In this document: positions 10,681 through 23,481 of the stretch, in pieces
Numbering within the stretch: the stretch's first letter is position 1
Layout: each line of letters starts with the position of its first letter
Source: Selaginella moellendorffii
Taxonomy: Eukaryota > Plantae > Lycopodiophyta
Assembly (NCBI RefSeq): GCF_000143415.4
Contig: NW_003314300.1
Location: 104,908 to 168,907 of the forward strand
DNA length: 64,000 bases
Reading direction: 5' to 3'
Made by a program: the position numbers and the translations under genes
Notes under the pieces: model-generated
What the model saw: only the letters and a program-made list of their open reading frames with translations
Databases searched by the model: none
What the model was told of the DNA's origin: nothing

Positions 10681-11132
10681 TTTCGAGGATCTTTTAGCTT
10701 ATGACTCGTAAGATTAAAAAAGAGACATTCGATGTGGGCATTGAACTTCTTTTATGGGTGGTGGAGTTGTAAGGAACCAACTCCCCGAGGTCTTGTTGCC
10801 CATGTCTTCGGGGGCATCCCCCCATTTAGCGGTGTGCCTAAGTTAGCCTCCCTGGCCAAGAGCCCATGACAACGAAATATAGATGTCCCTATACCCCTCA
10901 CCTCACCACACCCTAATATGGGGTCGAGATTTGAACCTAACCTTGCTTTACTAAGGGGTTGGGACTCAAACCCAACCTCTATAGAATATGTTTATGGATT
11001 CGATATCCTTGCAGGGAGTTGGGCGTAGTTCCCTACTCCTGGTCGACCTAGCTAACCCATGCTAATTAGCTTACCTTTGGTGCGCCTTCGGGTCCCAATA
11101 TATGCCATTGCTCAACTTCATAATTTGATACT

Positions 11133-14100
11133 TTAATTGAACTTTGTATAAGTACATAGAGTTCTGCCTTGAAAAAATTTCTCTACTAGATCTTGCGCAT
11201 TCGCTAGGTTCTCATCCAGTTCCCATGTTGTTTCGTAGTGTGGAAATCCTTTCCACTTCACATGGAACTCTCTCAACTCACTTCCTTGTCGCTTGCTCTT
11301 GCACGCATTAAGGATGGCCTCAACTTCATATTCCTCTTCCCTTTGGATAACCTCAGGTAAAGGTCTTACTTGGTCCTTGCAAAATAGATCCTCAAAGTAC
11401 GGCTTGAGTAAGTTCATGTTGAACACTGGGTGCATCTTCCCCATCTCTCGAGGAAGTTAGAGACAGTAAGCCACTTTACCGATTCATGCCTCAATCTCGT
11501 AAGGCCCCACGAACTTGCTTAAGGAACTCAAAATTAGTTCATTTACATGAATACATGCATTTTTACCTTTGGGTCAACTTTTGGTTAATCCCACTTGGTA
11601 GCCTAAGGTTCTTGGTGTTCAACCACACCTTCTCCCTAGCTTGGAACTCTACATCTCGGTGCTTCTAGTTTGCGTACTTGGTTTGCCTTTGTTAAGCCCG
11701 TTCTAAGGAATCCCTCACTAAATTCCAAATGTTGAGTCTTTCCATCGTGAATGCCTCCACTGCAGGTAACTCTCCATGATACTCGGCCATGCCGAGTTCC
11801 ACAAGACCTTCAATAGCTCGCCCATTGATAACTTCCCATGGACTCACCCCAATACTCGAGTGTGGTGAGTTGTTATAGCACTTTTCCGCAAGTCCCAAAT
11901 GACTTACCCAATCGGATTAGTCTTCTAAAATATAGCATCGCAAATAATCCTCTAGCTGCCTATTCACCCTTTTCATTTGTTCGTTTGTCAAGAGGTGTTA
12001 GTGCCATCAAACTTGACTTAATACCCAATACCTGTCTGTGGGTGATAGGTTGTGCTGAATTTCAACTTGGTGCGATACTGTTCCAGAAGAGTTCTCCAGA
12101 ACCTACTAGTGAAGATTTTATCTCGATTTGAAATTATCTCTTCTGGCCTACCCACACTTGAACCATTTATTCGAAGAACAGCTTCGCCACACTTTCCACA
12201 TCCACTTCCGTTGTGGTGGGTATGAAATGTGCCATCTTCGAAAATCGGTTCACCACCACGAATATTGCATCGAACCCCTCGCTTAAGGGGAGTCCCGTGA
12301 TGAAGTCCATCATAAGACATTCCCATGGCCGATCTGGAATTAGGATGCTTTGTAACAAGCCCCCACTAGCCTTAGTCACGGTTTTGGCCTGCTGATATGT
12401 TGGACATGTCTTTATATAGTCTTGAACGTCCTTGGCCATATTTGGCTAGTGATACTTCCTCTTGAGTAAACCCATTGTCTTGGGCATTCCACTGTGTCCC
12501 GCAAGAGGTCTGTCATGACACTCTTTTAAGGTTACCTTCCTTAGTTCCCTTTCAGGAACATACACCCTTGCTTGTTTATAATAGATGAGTCTATTGTGTT
12601 TTGCATAACTTGTTTTCTCTTCTGTTGGCAACTCAGCTCTCTGGTGAGCTTCTCGCGCCTCTTGGTTCCTCAGCAACACTTTTTGTGCTAGACCATCATT
12701 CTTATATGTTGTCCACACATCGTCTCAAAAGGTTGTTGTCGCGCTAGATATCGCCAACTTCAAGCTTGCTTTTCGACTTAAAGAATTTGCCACAATGTTG
12801 CTCTTCCCAGGTGTAAGCTCTTGAATTTGGTCTTCCCGAGAGGTCACCCAACCTAGTTTATTCAAACCCAAGGACACTTAAGCTCAAATATCCCAAGACC
12901 CTTAACCAATTGGAAAAAGGGGTGCACTCTTATTCATGGCCCTTTCCCTCTATATTTGAACCCTATGGACTGTCTCTTGAGTTGTTCTCTTTGGTTGCTT
13001 ACACCAGGTTTATACAGAATCTCGCAATCAAACTCAACCAAAGCATTGGCCCACCGACTTTGTTTCCCTCTTATGTCGGGTTGTGACAAGAAGTGTTTCG
13101 TTACCACATTATCTGTGTAAACTTTGAAGTGCCTCCCAAGGTAGTGTCGCCACTCCTTGAGCGCCTTGACCACCGCAAATAATTCCTTCTCATAGGCAGG
13201 CCACTTTTGTTGAGCCTTGTCCAACTTCTTCAAGAAGAACACCACTGGAAAGTTGTCTTGCTTCAAAACTGTGCCCAACGCAAAGTCTGAAGCATCTATT
13301 TCTACCTTAAAGTCCTTACTATAGTCAGGTAATACTAACACGAGTGTCTTCCTCAACTTCCCTTTGAGGTGGCCAAATGCCACTTTGCATTCTGTTGTCC
13401 ATACCATCTTCCCTTTACCTGTTTGGTCCGTTAACAGTAGGCTACTCTCAAATAATGTCTGATAAACTTTCGATAGTAGTTGCATAACCCCAAGAACACC
13501 CTCAACTCATGTACATTCGATGGTCACTCCCATTCCTGAATCGCTTAGACCTTCTTAGGGTCCACCTTGAGCCCGTCCTGGCCCACCACATGCCTGAGAA
13601 ACTTTACCTTTTATTGAGCAAAGTTGCATTTGCTCTCTTTAGCATACAATTTGTGTTCCCTTAGTTTCTCAAACACCTTTGTCAAGTATTCGGCATGTTC
13701 CTCTAGCATCTCGCTATAGATCAGAATGTCATCAATATAGACAACCACAAAGTGATCCAAATAGGGTACAAAGATGTGGTTCATCAGCACCGAAAACGTT
13801 GATGGCGCATTACACAGCCCAAAGGGCATCACTAGAAACTCAAAGCTCCCATACCTTGTTCAACAGATTGTCTTTTCAATATCTTCCTCTACTACCTTGA
13901 TTTTGTAGTATCCTGACCTTAGGTCAATCCTCAAGAAGTATTTTTCCTTGCCCAACCTCTCAAACAAGTCCTCAATCTTTGGCAAAGGGTACTTGTTCTT
14001 CTTTGTATACTTGTTGAGCAATCAGTAGTTTATGCACATGCGTATAGATCCATCTTTCTTTTTCACAAATAACACTAGTGCCCCATATGGCAACTTCCTC

Positions 14101-15651
14101 AACCTAACATACCCGTTGTCCACCAATTCTTTTAGTTCGCACTTGAGGTCCTTGAGTTTCTTTTCGTTCAAACGATAGGGGGACGAACCACTGCCTTAGC
14201 ACCCTCGACTAGCTCAATTTTGTGTTCTATCGGTCGTGTGGGGGGCAAACCCGCCGGTCGCTCCTCTGGCATGGTATCCTGGAATTGGTCTAACACCTGC
14301 TGAATCACTAAAAGTACTTCTTTTGTTCCTGTCTTTTTGTCACTCTTCACCAAGAGTAAGCACAAAAATGCTGCCTTGGTTCCTTTAGTGAGTTGTCCTC
14401 TTGTGGACACTAAGTTTAAGCAAGAGTCTTTGGCCTTACATTGCTCTACTTTTAGATCTTGGGCCTCCACCCTAGATCATTCTCTCTGGGCATTCGTCAG
14501 TACCACAAGGTTCCTCCCTTGTCCATGTAGGGCTACTATGAATCGATTGAACCAATCCATCTCGAAGATTACGTCAAATCCCGCCATATCCAACACGGTG
14601 AAATCCATGTCTACTTTCCATGTCCCTACTTCGACTCTCACTTGTCGAAGTATCTCATCGGTGCTTTGGTTGGCTTGAACAAACTCTATCGTCTTTGGTT
14701 CACCCAGGTATTGCACCGTTAGTCCGGCTTGCCGAACTATGTTTTCAGCCACAAAATTATCCGAAGCACCTGTGTCAATAAGGATCTTAACAAAGCTACC
14801 TCCGAGCTTCCCTCGGAGGGCTAGTAGGTGTCACAAACGACTCTCTACCAAAATTGCTCATGTAATGAGTAACTTTGAGCTAAAGACTAGATCACATACC
14901 TCAATTTGGATTTTACCTGACTTAATGGCTATATTGGCTCTGGCCTTCGTCGAATAGGGACATTCCCTTGAAAAGTGTCCTGCTTCACCGCAGTTGTAAC
15001 ATATGTTGTTTCCCATACTACTAATAGACTTAACCTTTTTATCCATGGGTTTGTCTCTTTTTGCTTGACTCCCCCACGTACTTGCTCGCTGGCCACTAGA
15101 TTTACCTTTCCGAAACCCCAAAGACTCATTCTTAGAGAAACTCCTCTTGAATTTCCCTTTGCTATATGTTCCCCTTAGTTTGGCCCCTTTGCTAAACATG
15201 GACCATGACCCTGTCGTGTTCCTCTTTTGCAGGTTATCATTGAAATGCAACTTGATAGCCATATCTAACGCTTCCTTGTAGTTGGTCAGGTTCCAACGCA
15301 TCACCTCGCCGCGAGCCTAGGTTTGCAAGCTTAATATGAAGGCATGGAACGCATCTATATCACTTATATCCGTGACAAGTATCCTCTTTGCCATAAACCC
15401 ATTCACATACTCTTGAATAGTTCCGGTCTATTTCAGCGTACTTAGCTTATCCCTTAAATGCAGAGTAGCATTCGAAGGAATATAAGTCGCACGGATCCTC
15501 GCCTTCATCATTTCCCAAATGGCCATTGGTCCTTCGTTGGCCTCTGTTGTTCTCCACCAAGACTTGGCATTATCTGCTAAATATGGTTTTGCATATGGGA
15601 CCTTCTCTGAGCTTGGTAACCATAACGCTCGGAAGTAATCCTCCATATCGA
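11133..15651 (-). mobile_element. Decayed Ty3/gypsy chromovirus gag-pol (Gag-PR-RT-RNaseH-IN-chromodomain)
   Basis: Gag MEDYF..AKSWW and knuckle CYNCGEAGHFSREC; protease LIDTGAS; [23 protein letters not shown]; RNase H DASDFALG..EKELFAVV; integrase H..H..C..YQ/MDFITGLP/YHPQT; chromodomain EYEVEAIL..VKWKGF..TWE. Many stops and frameshifts. Confidence 0.95.
12812..13003 (-). mobile_element. Solo LTR (192 bp) of a 5S-rRNA-bearing Cassandra-like TRIM, inserted in the RNase H region
   Basis: TGTAAG...CTTACA termini with a perfect 5-bp TSD CCAGG (12807-11 and 13004-08). Positions 12829-12884 on - align to the plant 5S rRNA A-box to C-box region. Confidence 0.85.
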
Positions 15652-16545
15652 CTAGGAAAAGAAATTAACACCAATTCATCCACTTTGTACTCCACAAGTG
15701 AATGATGATGGGAGTTGTAGTGTTATTGTTGTCCCATTTGTACATGGCCCAGGTGTTCGGCAGACTCTACTAGAACAAGTGGAAGAATGCTCATCAAATA
15801 TTGATTCTACGACTTAGCTGTAAGCCATAAATTTTCCTTTCCAATTTACTAGCTTACCTCATTTATCTGACCAACCCCACCTTGGCCTTTGCTAAGTCCC
15901 CTCACCAAGGTTCCCGCTTATTGCACCAACTTCTACTTGGTCTTACTTGGTTTCAACTACCCACTCCACGAGCAACAGAACATTAGCCATCTATTCACGG
16001 ATTCCCAAATCTCTCCTAATCCCCCTCCCCGGGTTAGACTAAACTTAAGGTTGGGCTACCCTCCCCCCAAGCACAAGCAGCCAAGCCCCCCAAGCCTCCA
16101 AGTTTTTAACCCCCCTTGGTACAACAAGACATGATTATGGGACCCTCTAAATCCCAAGCCTTTGGTGCAACATTTTTTTCGGGACAATGGGGCAAAATAC
16201 CATGGCCTAACGGCTTAGTATAGGTACCTTTACCCCCCCCCCCCCCCCCCTAACTTCCATCTTGAAGGGAACGCCCAAGCCCCTATGAAGGGCGAGGACC
16301 AATAAGCCACAAGGTACTCAAGCACCGTAGTCGGTTTCCGAGAGTGGGAGCTGCTCTTAAGCACTTCCTTGGGTGGCCCCTCCGGCACCACTCGAGTCCA
16401 TGCTCACTCCCACCCAAGGCCCTTCAATCCCAGTCTCAACCTCAAGTCAGTTTGAAAGCACCACTGGAAAGTTCTTTCAAGACTAATTCCTAGACCTCAC
16501 TATCCCTATTATATTTTTGGAACCCCCTACAACCCCCCCCCCTCG
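15651..16545 (-). repeat. Diverged direct repeat of ~9580-10490 (family B LTR part plus ~165 bp of flank), fused into gag
   Basis: Co-linear with 9580-10490, mostly transition differences; LTR end (TGTAAG on +) at 15819. Confidence 0.85.
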
Positions 16546-19269
16546 ATCGTCACTTACAAAAACAAATATTCCCATTAGACTTTGTTACAAGATAAGCTTT
16601 ATACACCTAAGGACTCAACGACTTTTAAATAACACCCTTTTTCAACATTTCCTTAACGCTTGCATGAAATTTTTTGATCTCTTTGGATGATTAATGACAA
16701 ATAAGAACCTTGATTGGGCGAGTATCCCCAGTTGAAATAGATGATGTATTGCAATCCTAGCCTCAGATAATATGTCAAATTCAAAGAGATCGACATCTCC
16801 TTTATGAGCCGGTCAATTGCTACAACACAAAGACCGTCAAAGGGATCAGAAAAGAAAAGAGAGGAACAAAATGGAAATATATGAGGAAGTAATAGGGAGA
16901 CAAAAGTGATGGAAGCAAAGGTAGAAGCAAAGGGATGAAAAAAAATAAAAATGAGAAGAATAAAAGAAATATAAAGAAGTATAAGACAAAGAGGAGAAAC
17001 CTCAAAGTCACATTTGGCATAATAGCATTGCAACAAATCCATACTAAGGATGAGGTCAAAAGCTTAATTTAGCACCACCTGTAATGACTGCAACTCAAAC
17101 TTGAGACTACCTATACACACAACCAGATCCATCTCATCCCATGCATATGTGTGTATATACAGTTGTTGCTATAAAAAATGAAAATTGGAAAGTGGACCAG
17201 TTACTACATGTTTCTAGAGAAAAGAAACAAAAGAAAAATATAATATGATACAAATGTAAATAGCAATATGTGGCAATAAACTGAGCAATAAAAGATAAAT
17301 TTGAGCTTGTATCAACCAACATGAAGAGAAGAATATAAGACCTTTTATTAAAAAAATGAGCTTGGAAAGTAAACACTAGATGAATTAGTGCCAAATGAAT
17401 CCTTTGATGATACTCTCAAAAGAAATATAAAAAGGTCACTGATATATTTACACAAGATCCCTTTGTTACACACATGACTCCTTATTTCGGAAAAGCATAT
17501 TAATGTCTAGACCTTCCACTATAGCAGCACCAACAGGATGTTGTTGATGCCAAGGTGTCCACCTAAGAATTGGAGGTCATCAATCCAAAAAATGCAAATA
17601 ATTCTAATAAGTGTAACCAACTTTATCACATGCCCAATAGTAGACATTACGGCTACAACTATATTTTCGCCTTTGTCTTTGAACTTGGGTAGCAGCAACA
17701 TCAACCTCCATTGAAATAGAACCATTTCCCATAGGAAATGGAATTAAAGAATGTATAACAAGAAGTGGAACCAAGATCTTAATAAAGTGCTGAGCACAAC
17801 ATTCCAACATATTTGGCTTCGCATGAAGCAAGAGGCTTCGAAAATGAATGCTAAATTGAATTATGAACTCAGATGGCCTTTGACGAGGACAGTGCAATTG
17901 TTGAAAGGCATCATTACACCAAATGTGCATTTGAAGATGTTTGAGAGAATGTTCCAATCCTTATGAGTGGCTATATTTAAACCATTGTACCATTGCAACA
18001 CTGTCCCTTAGAGACGTGAGAAATTCACGCAAATGCTGAGTATTGTCCCAAAAATGATATGTGGCAATCACCATGAAGTGATGGAACCAATGATACACAT
18101 CATCCCTAGGAAGAACTTCAGCTGAATTTGAGGATTGGCAGTAAAAGTAGGAAGAGCTATACCATGTGTTGTGAATGCTAGTATCAATTGAGTCTGATTG
18201 TTTAATTGCAACCACATAGCATTAAAAAATTGCATCAATTATTGCTCTAGAATTAAAGGAGGAGGAGGCTACTCCTCTACCATATAAATAAATGAAAAGA
18301 AAAAAACAAAAAAGAAAAAATTGAAAAAAAATTACAAAGAAAGGGAGATCTAAACAATATAAAATCTAGATCTGTAGCAAAATCCTAAATCAAAGCACTC
18401 CTTAAAAAGGACAATTCAAGCTATTTTTTATTTCCACCAATGTGAGTGAATGGAATATGGAAATACGATATATAAAATGTGCATATTAATTAGCCCAAAA
18501 ACCCTAGTTTATATATAAGAGTAAGTGGTCCGGATTGAAATCAATCTGATGGTTTCCAACATCCCACTACATTAATATTAGTATATGGTATCTTAGCTAT
18601 ATATTTGGGCTTCATAGTATAAAATATTTATATCATTTAAAACATTATATAAGTATTATTTTCATAGATGGTTTTATTTAAATTATAAGATATAATAAAT
18701 GATTGGAATAAAACATTACACTTATAAAAATTTAAATATAAAAACATTTTATTTATGTTATATTACAGAAATATTAAATAGATGATTGAAATTATTGAAT
18801 TATTTATTAATAAAATAAAATAAAAACATTTTAATAATATTACTCCACTACAATATTTTATATATAACAGTCATAATTACTTTTAATAATTTTATAAATT
18901 TATATTACTTAATTCTAAGTTTTTATATAATTTTTAAATTTAAAACCTACATTATACAAATGATGGGATTGGTACTATATATCAACAATATTACCAATGT
19001 ATAAATTCCTAAATTAAGAAAGAAAAAAATAAAAGTATTTTGATTTATTTATTAATAATTTTGAGAGACGGTCTACAAAGAAATAAATTTATTTACCCTA
19101 TATACATGATGCATAAAAGTACACAGAATGGCTTATTAGCATTTTTGTTCTTATATTTCTATTCTTAATTTTTAAACTCAATACTTAATCTAAAATACAA
19201 ACTTAAATTTAACTTTGATACTAAAAGTTTTAAAATTTTATTTTATTTTATAAGAGACCAAACTACAAT

Positions 19270-19282
19270 ATATATGTGTGTG

Positions 19283-19375
<93 letters not shown>
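19270..19375. repeat. (TG)n(TA)n microsatellite
   Basis: Directly visible. Other (TA)n runs at ~26034-26061 and ~43869-43900. Confidence 0.95.
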
Positions 19376-19377
<2 letters not shown>

Positions 19378-21312
19378 TATTAGCCCATATCTATATAAAG
19401 TATTTAATGTGTTCTCTCACCACATTAACAATATTCATACATATATACCTAGAACTCATCCTCTCAAAAAGATGGAAATTGTTTTGAGTTATATACTAGA
19501 ATTTGAAGGAATATGGTATTGATGATATAACTTGTTATTAATCCCTTTCTCCACATATACAATATTTAAAGAATTAACTTATTGAATGTTGTGTTAAATG
19601 TTATAAACTTGAAATTCAATATATTAAATAAAATCTTTTTTACCTTGTACTCTATAGGTGGATAATGATAAAAGTTATAATATTGTTGTTCTCCCACTTG
19701 TATATGGCCCCAAGTGTTTAATAAATTGTAATTAGACTAATGGAAGAATGCTTGTGGCAATCATAAGCATTATACAATCATTACTATATAAAAGCTCATA
19801 TGATGAAGAACTTTGCACCCTTGTAACATATATAAATACCAGAAAAAAGATAAATTACAATCTTAATCCAAATGTTAAAATTATTATACTTTACAATGAT
19901 CTCTTTGAAAGTCTTAACAAGCCATCCTATCATATATTATTTTTTGCAGATAATAAGCACATGTGAAAATTTAGCGTATTCTCAATTAAGACATTAAACA
20001 TTAAAAATGCCTTAAAACTCAAGAATATTCTTCATTAAAATCCATTTTAGATAAAAATGTTAGAACACTACTTGATTGACAAAGAAGTAAACAATAATCA
20101 TTAATGCATAGCAAAAACACTAACTTCCACCTAATTAGTTAGGCAATCAGAAGGAAATAACATATTCATTACCAAAAGTTGATTATGGAAAAGGCCTATC
20201 AAATCAAACACTAACTCCTCAAATTAATGGGAAATTATAATTGATTCAAACTGGTTTTTAAACATAGAAAGGAGTATTATAAACTTAGCACTAGATGCAA
20301 TTATGTATATATTAAATAACATTTCATTGCTTTTTCAGCTAATAAAAAGACATATATAACTTTATGAATCACATGACAATGTCTCACATGCCTATATAAA
20401 ATAGAAGATTCATGATAAAAGTGGAGGAAGCAAAGAATAAAGACTAAAAGCACCATTAGTGGCAAATGATCATTAGATCAATCTCTACAAAATAAAAAAA
20501 GATTGTTTAAAAGATGATATTGAGCATATAAATGTTAAAATAACAAGTTATCACCAACCTTTGGATCCATCACTCAATCTTTTAAGGTTCATGAATCTTT
20601 TCCAAAGAAGGAAAATTTCTTACAGATATTAAATGTAAAAAAAAAAACAATTTCTGAAATACATTTGAAAAATCCAATAATGCAGGAATAATAAGCTCTT
20701 CATGAACAAGAGAACAAGTGAAGAGGGAAAAGAGCTCAAGAAAGAGTATAATTCTTTTATTTCAACAATAAATTAATAGCAATATAATCACTCGCTAATA
20801 ATGCCAATAAAGATACAAATATAGAAACTACAATTAAACATTATTGATTGCAAGGTACAACTAATGTACACAGTAAGATGATACTAACTAGAACTCTCTT
20901 GCATTGACACACCTCTGAAAGCCACACACATGATATACAAGATTATATGCTTAGGGATGTTAAAACTTTTGATAAACACCCTTTTCTAGCATCTTTCTGA
21001 AATTAGCCTATAAAATTAATCTCCTTTGGTGATCAATGTTGAACATAAATGGTTCAATCCCATACTTCTACCAATTAAAGGGAGTATCCCCCAAATAACA
21101 AGCAGCCAATTCAATAGGTTGAGGCACTACCAAGACTAATCCTTTGGTAGGGAGTTCCTTGTATTCCAAGAACGTAATTCCTTAGTCAGACAATTTTAAT
21201 CTCTTCTTCGTTAGTGTCTAAACGAATTTAGCAATCAATTTATTAGGAATTGGCTGCAAATTATATCATCATATAACGGTCTGGAACGTTTGGGCGAAGT
21301 AAACATGGTTTG

Positions 21313-23370
21313 ATGGATAGATACGAATGCCTCAGGCTCATCGATTCATGTAGAACACTATCTAGGGCACGAGAGATTCACGACCGCACGCGCCCACTCT
21401 TCTCATCCTCCTCCGATCCCTTCCTCCATAATAAACTCATCGAAATGTATGGCAAATGTGGTGGTGTGCGGGAGGCCCGGCAGATCTTTCAGGAGCTTGG
21501 CGCTGGCGGAAGGAACTCTTTTTCCTGGATTGCGATGATCTTGGCGTGCTCCAGGAATGGGCTCCTAGACGACGCCAAGCGGCTCTTTGACGCAATGGCG
21601 GATCAAACGCTGGTGGCGTGGAATGCGATGGTGTCCGCCTATGCCCAGAACGGGCATCTCGATGAGGCGCGGGAGCTATTCGATCGAATGCCACTCTTGG
21701 AGCTAGTCTCCTGGAACGCGATGCTAACGGCATATGCCCAGGTCGGGCATCTCGAGGGTGCGCGAGGAATCTTTAACGCAATGCCAGAGGTGAATATGCT
21801 CTCCTGGTCCGCGATGCTTACGGCATATGCCCAATGCGGGCATCTTAACGAGGTTAGGCAAGTCTTTGAGCAAATGCCACAGAGGAATCTTGTCACATGG
21901 ACGGCTTTAGTAACGGCATATGCTCAAAAGGGGGATCTTGAGAAAGCCAAGTACTACTTTGATCAAATGCCTGAGAGGAATCTTTTGTCGTGGACCGCGA
22001 TGCTTGGAGCATATGCCCAGAACGGGCATTTGGAGGAATCAAGACGAATGTTTACAGAGATGCCGTACCAGGATCTTTTGTCATGGACGGCGATGCTGTC
22101 CGCGTACGGACAGAATGGTCGCCTTGATGAAGCAAAAGCGATGTTCAGTCGCATCCCACAGCAGGATCTCGTCTCGTGGACGGCGATGCTCAGCGCATAT
22201 TCCCAAAACGGGCATCTTGACGAGGCAAAGCGGATGTTCGACGGAATGCCACGGAGAAATCTTCTCTCCTGGACGGCGCTGCTCACTGGCTTTGCTCAAC
22301 ACGGCCGGGTTGACGCAGCCAAGAGCCTGTTTCACCAAGTGCCGCAGCAGAATCTCGAGGTCTGGAACGCGATGATATCGTGCTACGTGTTGAATGGTCT
22401 CACCATCAACGCCAAGAAGATGTTTCTCTCGATGCCTCACAGGGACTTAACCTCTTTCAACACAGTCCTCGCGGGGTTGAGCCAAACCGGCCAGCTCGAG
22501 TCGGCTAAATGCCTCTTTGAGGAGATGCCACAGAAGGATTTGTTCTCGTGGACTTCCATGCTGGCAGCGTATGCCCAATGCGGCCACCTCGACGAAACAA
22601 AAACTATACTCAACTCTATGCCGCAGCAAAACATGGTTGCGTTAACGATAATGCTCTTCGCATATGCCCAAGACGGGCATCTCAACGAAGCAAAGTCAGT
22701 TTTTCATAGCTTGCCGGAACAAAACTTGGTGTCCGGAAATGCCATGCTAGCAGCATATACCAGGAACGGGCATATCCAAATGGCTCGGAATCTTCTCAAT
22801 ATCATGCCTGAGCTTGACATAGTTTCGTGGAGCACTCTTCTTCATGCGTATGCGCATAGGGGAGATTACCACGACGCTAAGGAAGTGTTTGACAACTTAA
22901 AGTCCCTCCACCAGCCGGATGAATCTTCTTTCGTGTCGATCATCGTCGCTTGCAGCCATGCCGGCAAAGTTTACGATGGAAGGTGCTGCTTTGTTTCGAT
23001 GAAGCTCGACTTTGGTCTCGAGACCACCAAACAGCATTTCTTCTGCGTTCTGGATCTTCTGGGACGGTCCGGGTACCTGGAGGAGGCGGAGGAGCTCGTC
23101 TTTACGATGCCGTTTGTTCCCAATATCTTGGACTGGACGTGCTTGCTCGGGTCGTGCAAGAGTCACAAGGACGTCGAGAGGGGAGCTCGGCTTGCGCAGT
23201 GTGTCCTTGAGTTGCATCCTGGCGATCCATCGCTCTATGTTGTGCTTGCGAACATGTGTTCGACTGATGATGCCGCTCTTAATTCAGCAGCTCGTGTTGG
23301 ATCGTGGAGAAAGCATCTGATTAAACTGCGAGATCAAACGAGTGTGAGAGAGCTATCGCTGATCAAGTAA
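21313..23370 (+). CDS. PLS-class pentatricopeptide repeat protein (SS-motif array, P2-L2-S2, E1, partial E2; no DYW), putative organellar RNA editing factor
   Basis: Intronless ~685-aa ORF with 14 tandem 31-aa motifs (LxSWTAMLxAYAQNGHLDEAKxMFxxMPxxN/D), then ACSHAG, HFFCVLDLLGRSG and WTCLLGSCKSH. Confidence 0.93.
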   Translation: MDRYECLRLIDSCRTLSRAREIHDRTRPLFSSSSDPFLHNKLIEMYGKCGGVREARQIFQELGAGGRNSFSWIAMILACSRNGLLDDAKRLFDAMADQTLVAWNAMVSAYAQNGHLDEARELFDRMPLLELVSWNAMLTAYAQVGHLEGARGIFNAMPEVNMLSWSAMLTAYAQCGHLNEVRQVFEQMPQRNLVTWTALVTAYAQKGDLEKAKYYFDQMPERNLLSWTAMLGAYAQNGHLEESRRMFTEMPYQDLLSWTAMLSAYGQNGRLDEAKAMFSRIPQQDLVSWTAMLSAYSQNGHLDEAKRMFDGMPRRNLLSWTALLTGFAQHGRVDAAKSLFHQVPQQNLEVWNAMISCYVLNGLTINAKKMFLSMPHRDLTSFNTVLAGLSQTGQLESAKCLFEEMPQKDLFSWTSMLAAYAQCGHLDETKTILNSMPQQNMVALTIMLFAYAQDGHLNEAKSVFHSLPEQNLVSGNAMLAAYTRNGHIQMARNLLNIMPELDIVSWSTLLHAYAHRGDYHDAKEVFDNLKSLHQPDESSFVSIIVACSHAGKVYDGRCCFVSMKLDFGLETTKQHFFCVLDLLGRSGYLEEAEELVFTMPFVPNILDWTCLLGSCKSHKDVERGARLAQCVLELHPGDPSLYVVLANMCSTDDAALNSAARVGSWRKHLIKLRDQTSVRELSLIK

Positions 23371-23481
23371 GAACTCTGTACCTGGATTTCTTACAGCAGG
23401 AGCATTTCATAAGACAGGACTCGCATTAAAACTCCCCGCAATTTACGTTATTGATTTACTAATCGGGAAAAACAATTTTTG

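Noticed and set aside
16600-18290. Short ORFs suggesting a decayed minus-strand gene
   Set aside because: No recognisable motif in any frame I read, and multiple stops.
19274-19522. YIYIYI ORFs
   Set aside because: Translation of the (TA)n microsatellite.
21437-23320. Antisense and alternate-frame ORFs over the PPR gene (likewise over UTP20, IQD and AAC)
   Set aside because: Shadows of GC-rich coding sequence with no independent motifs.
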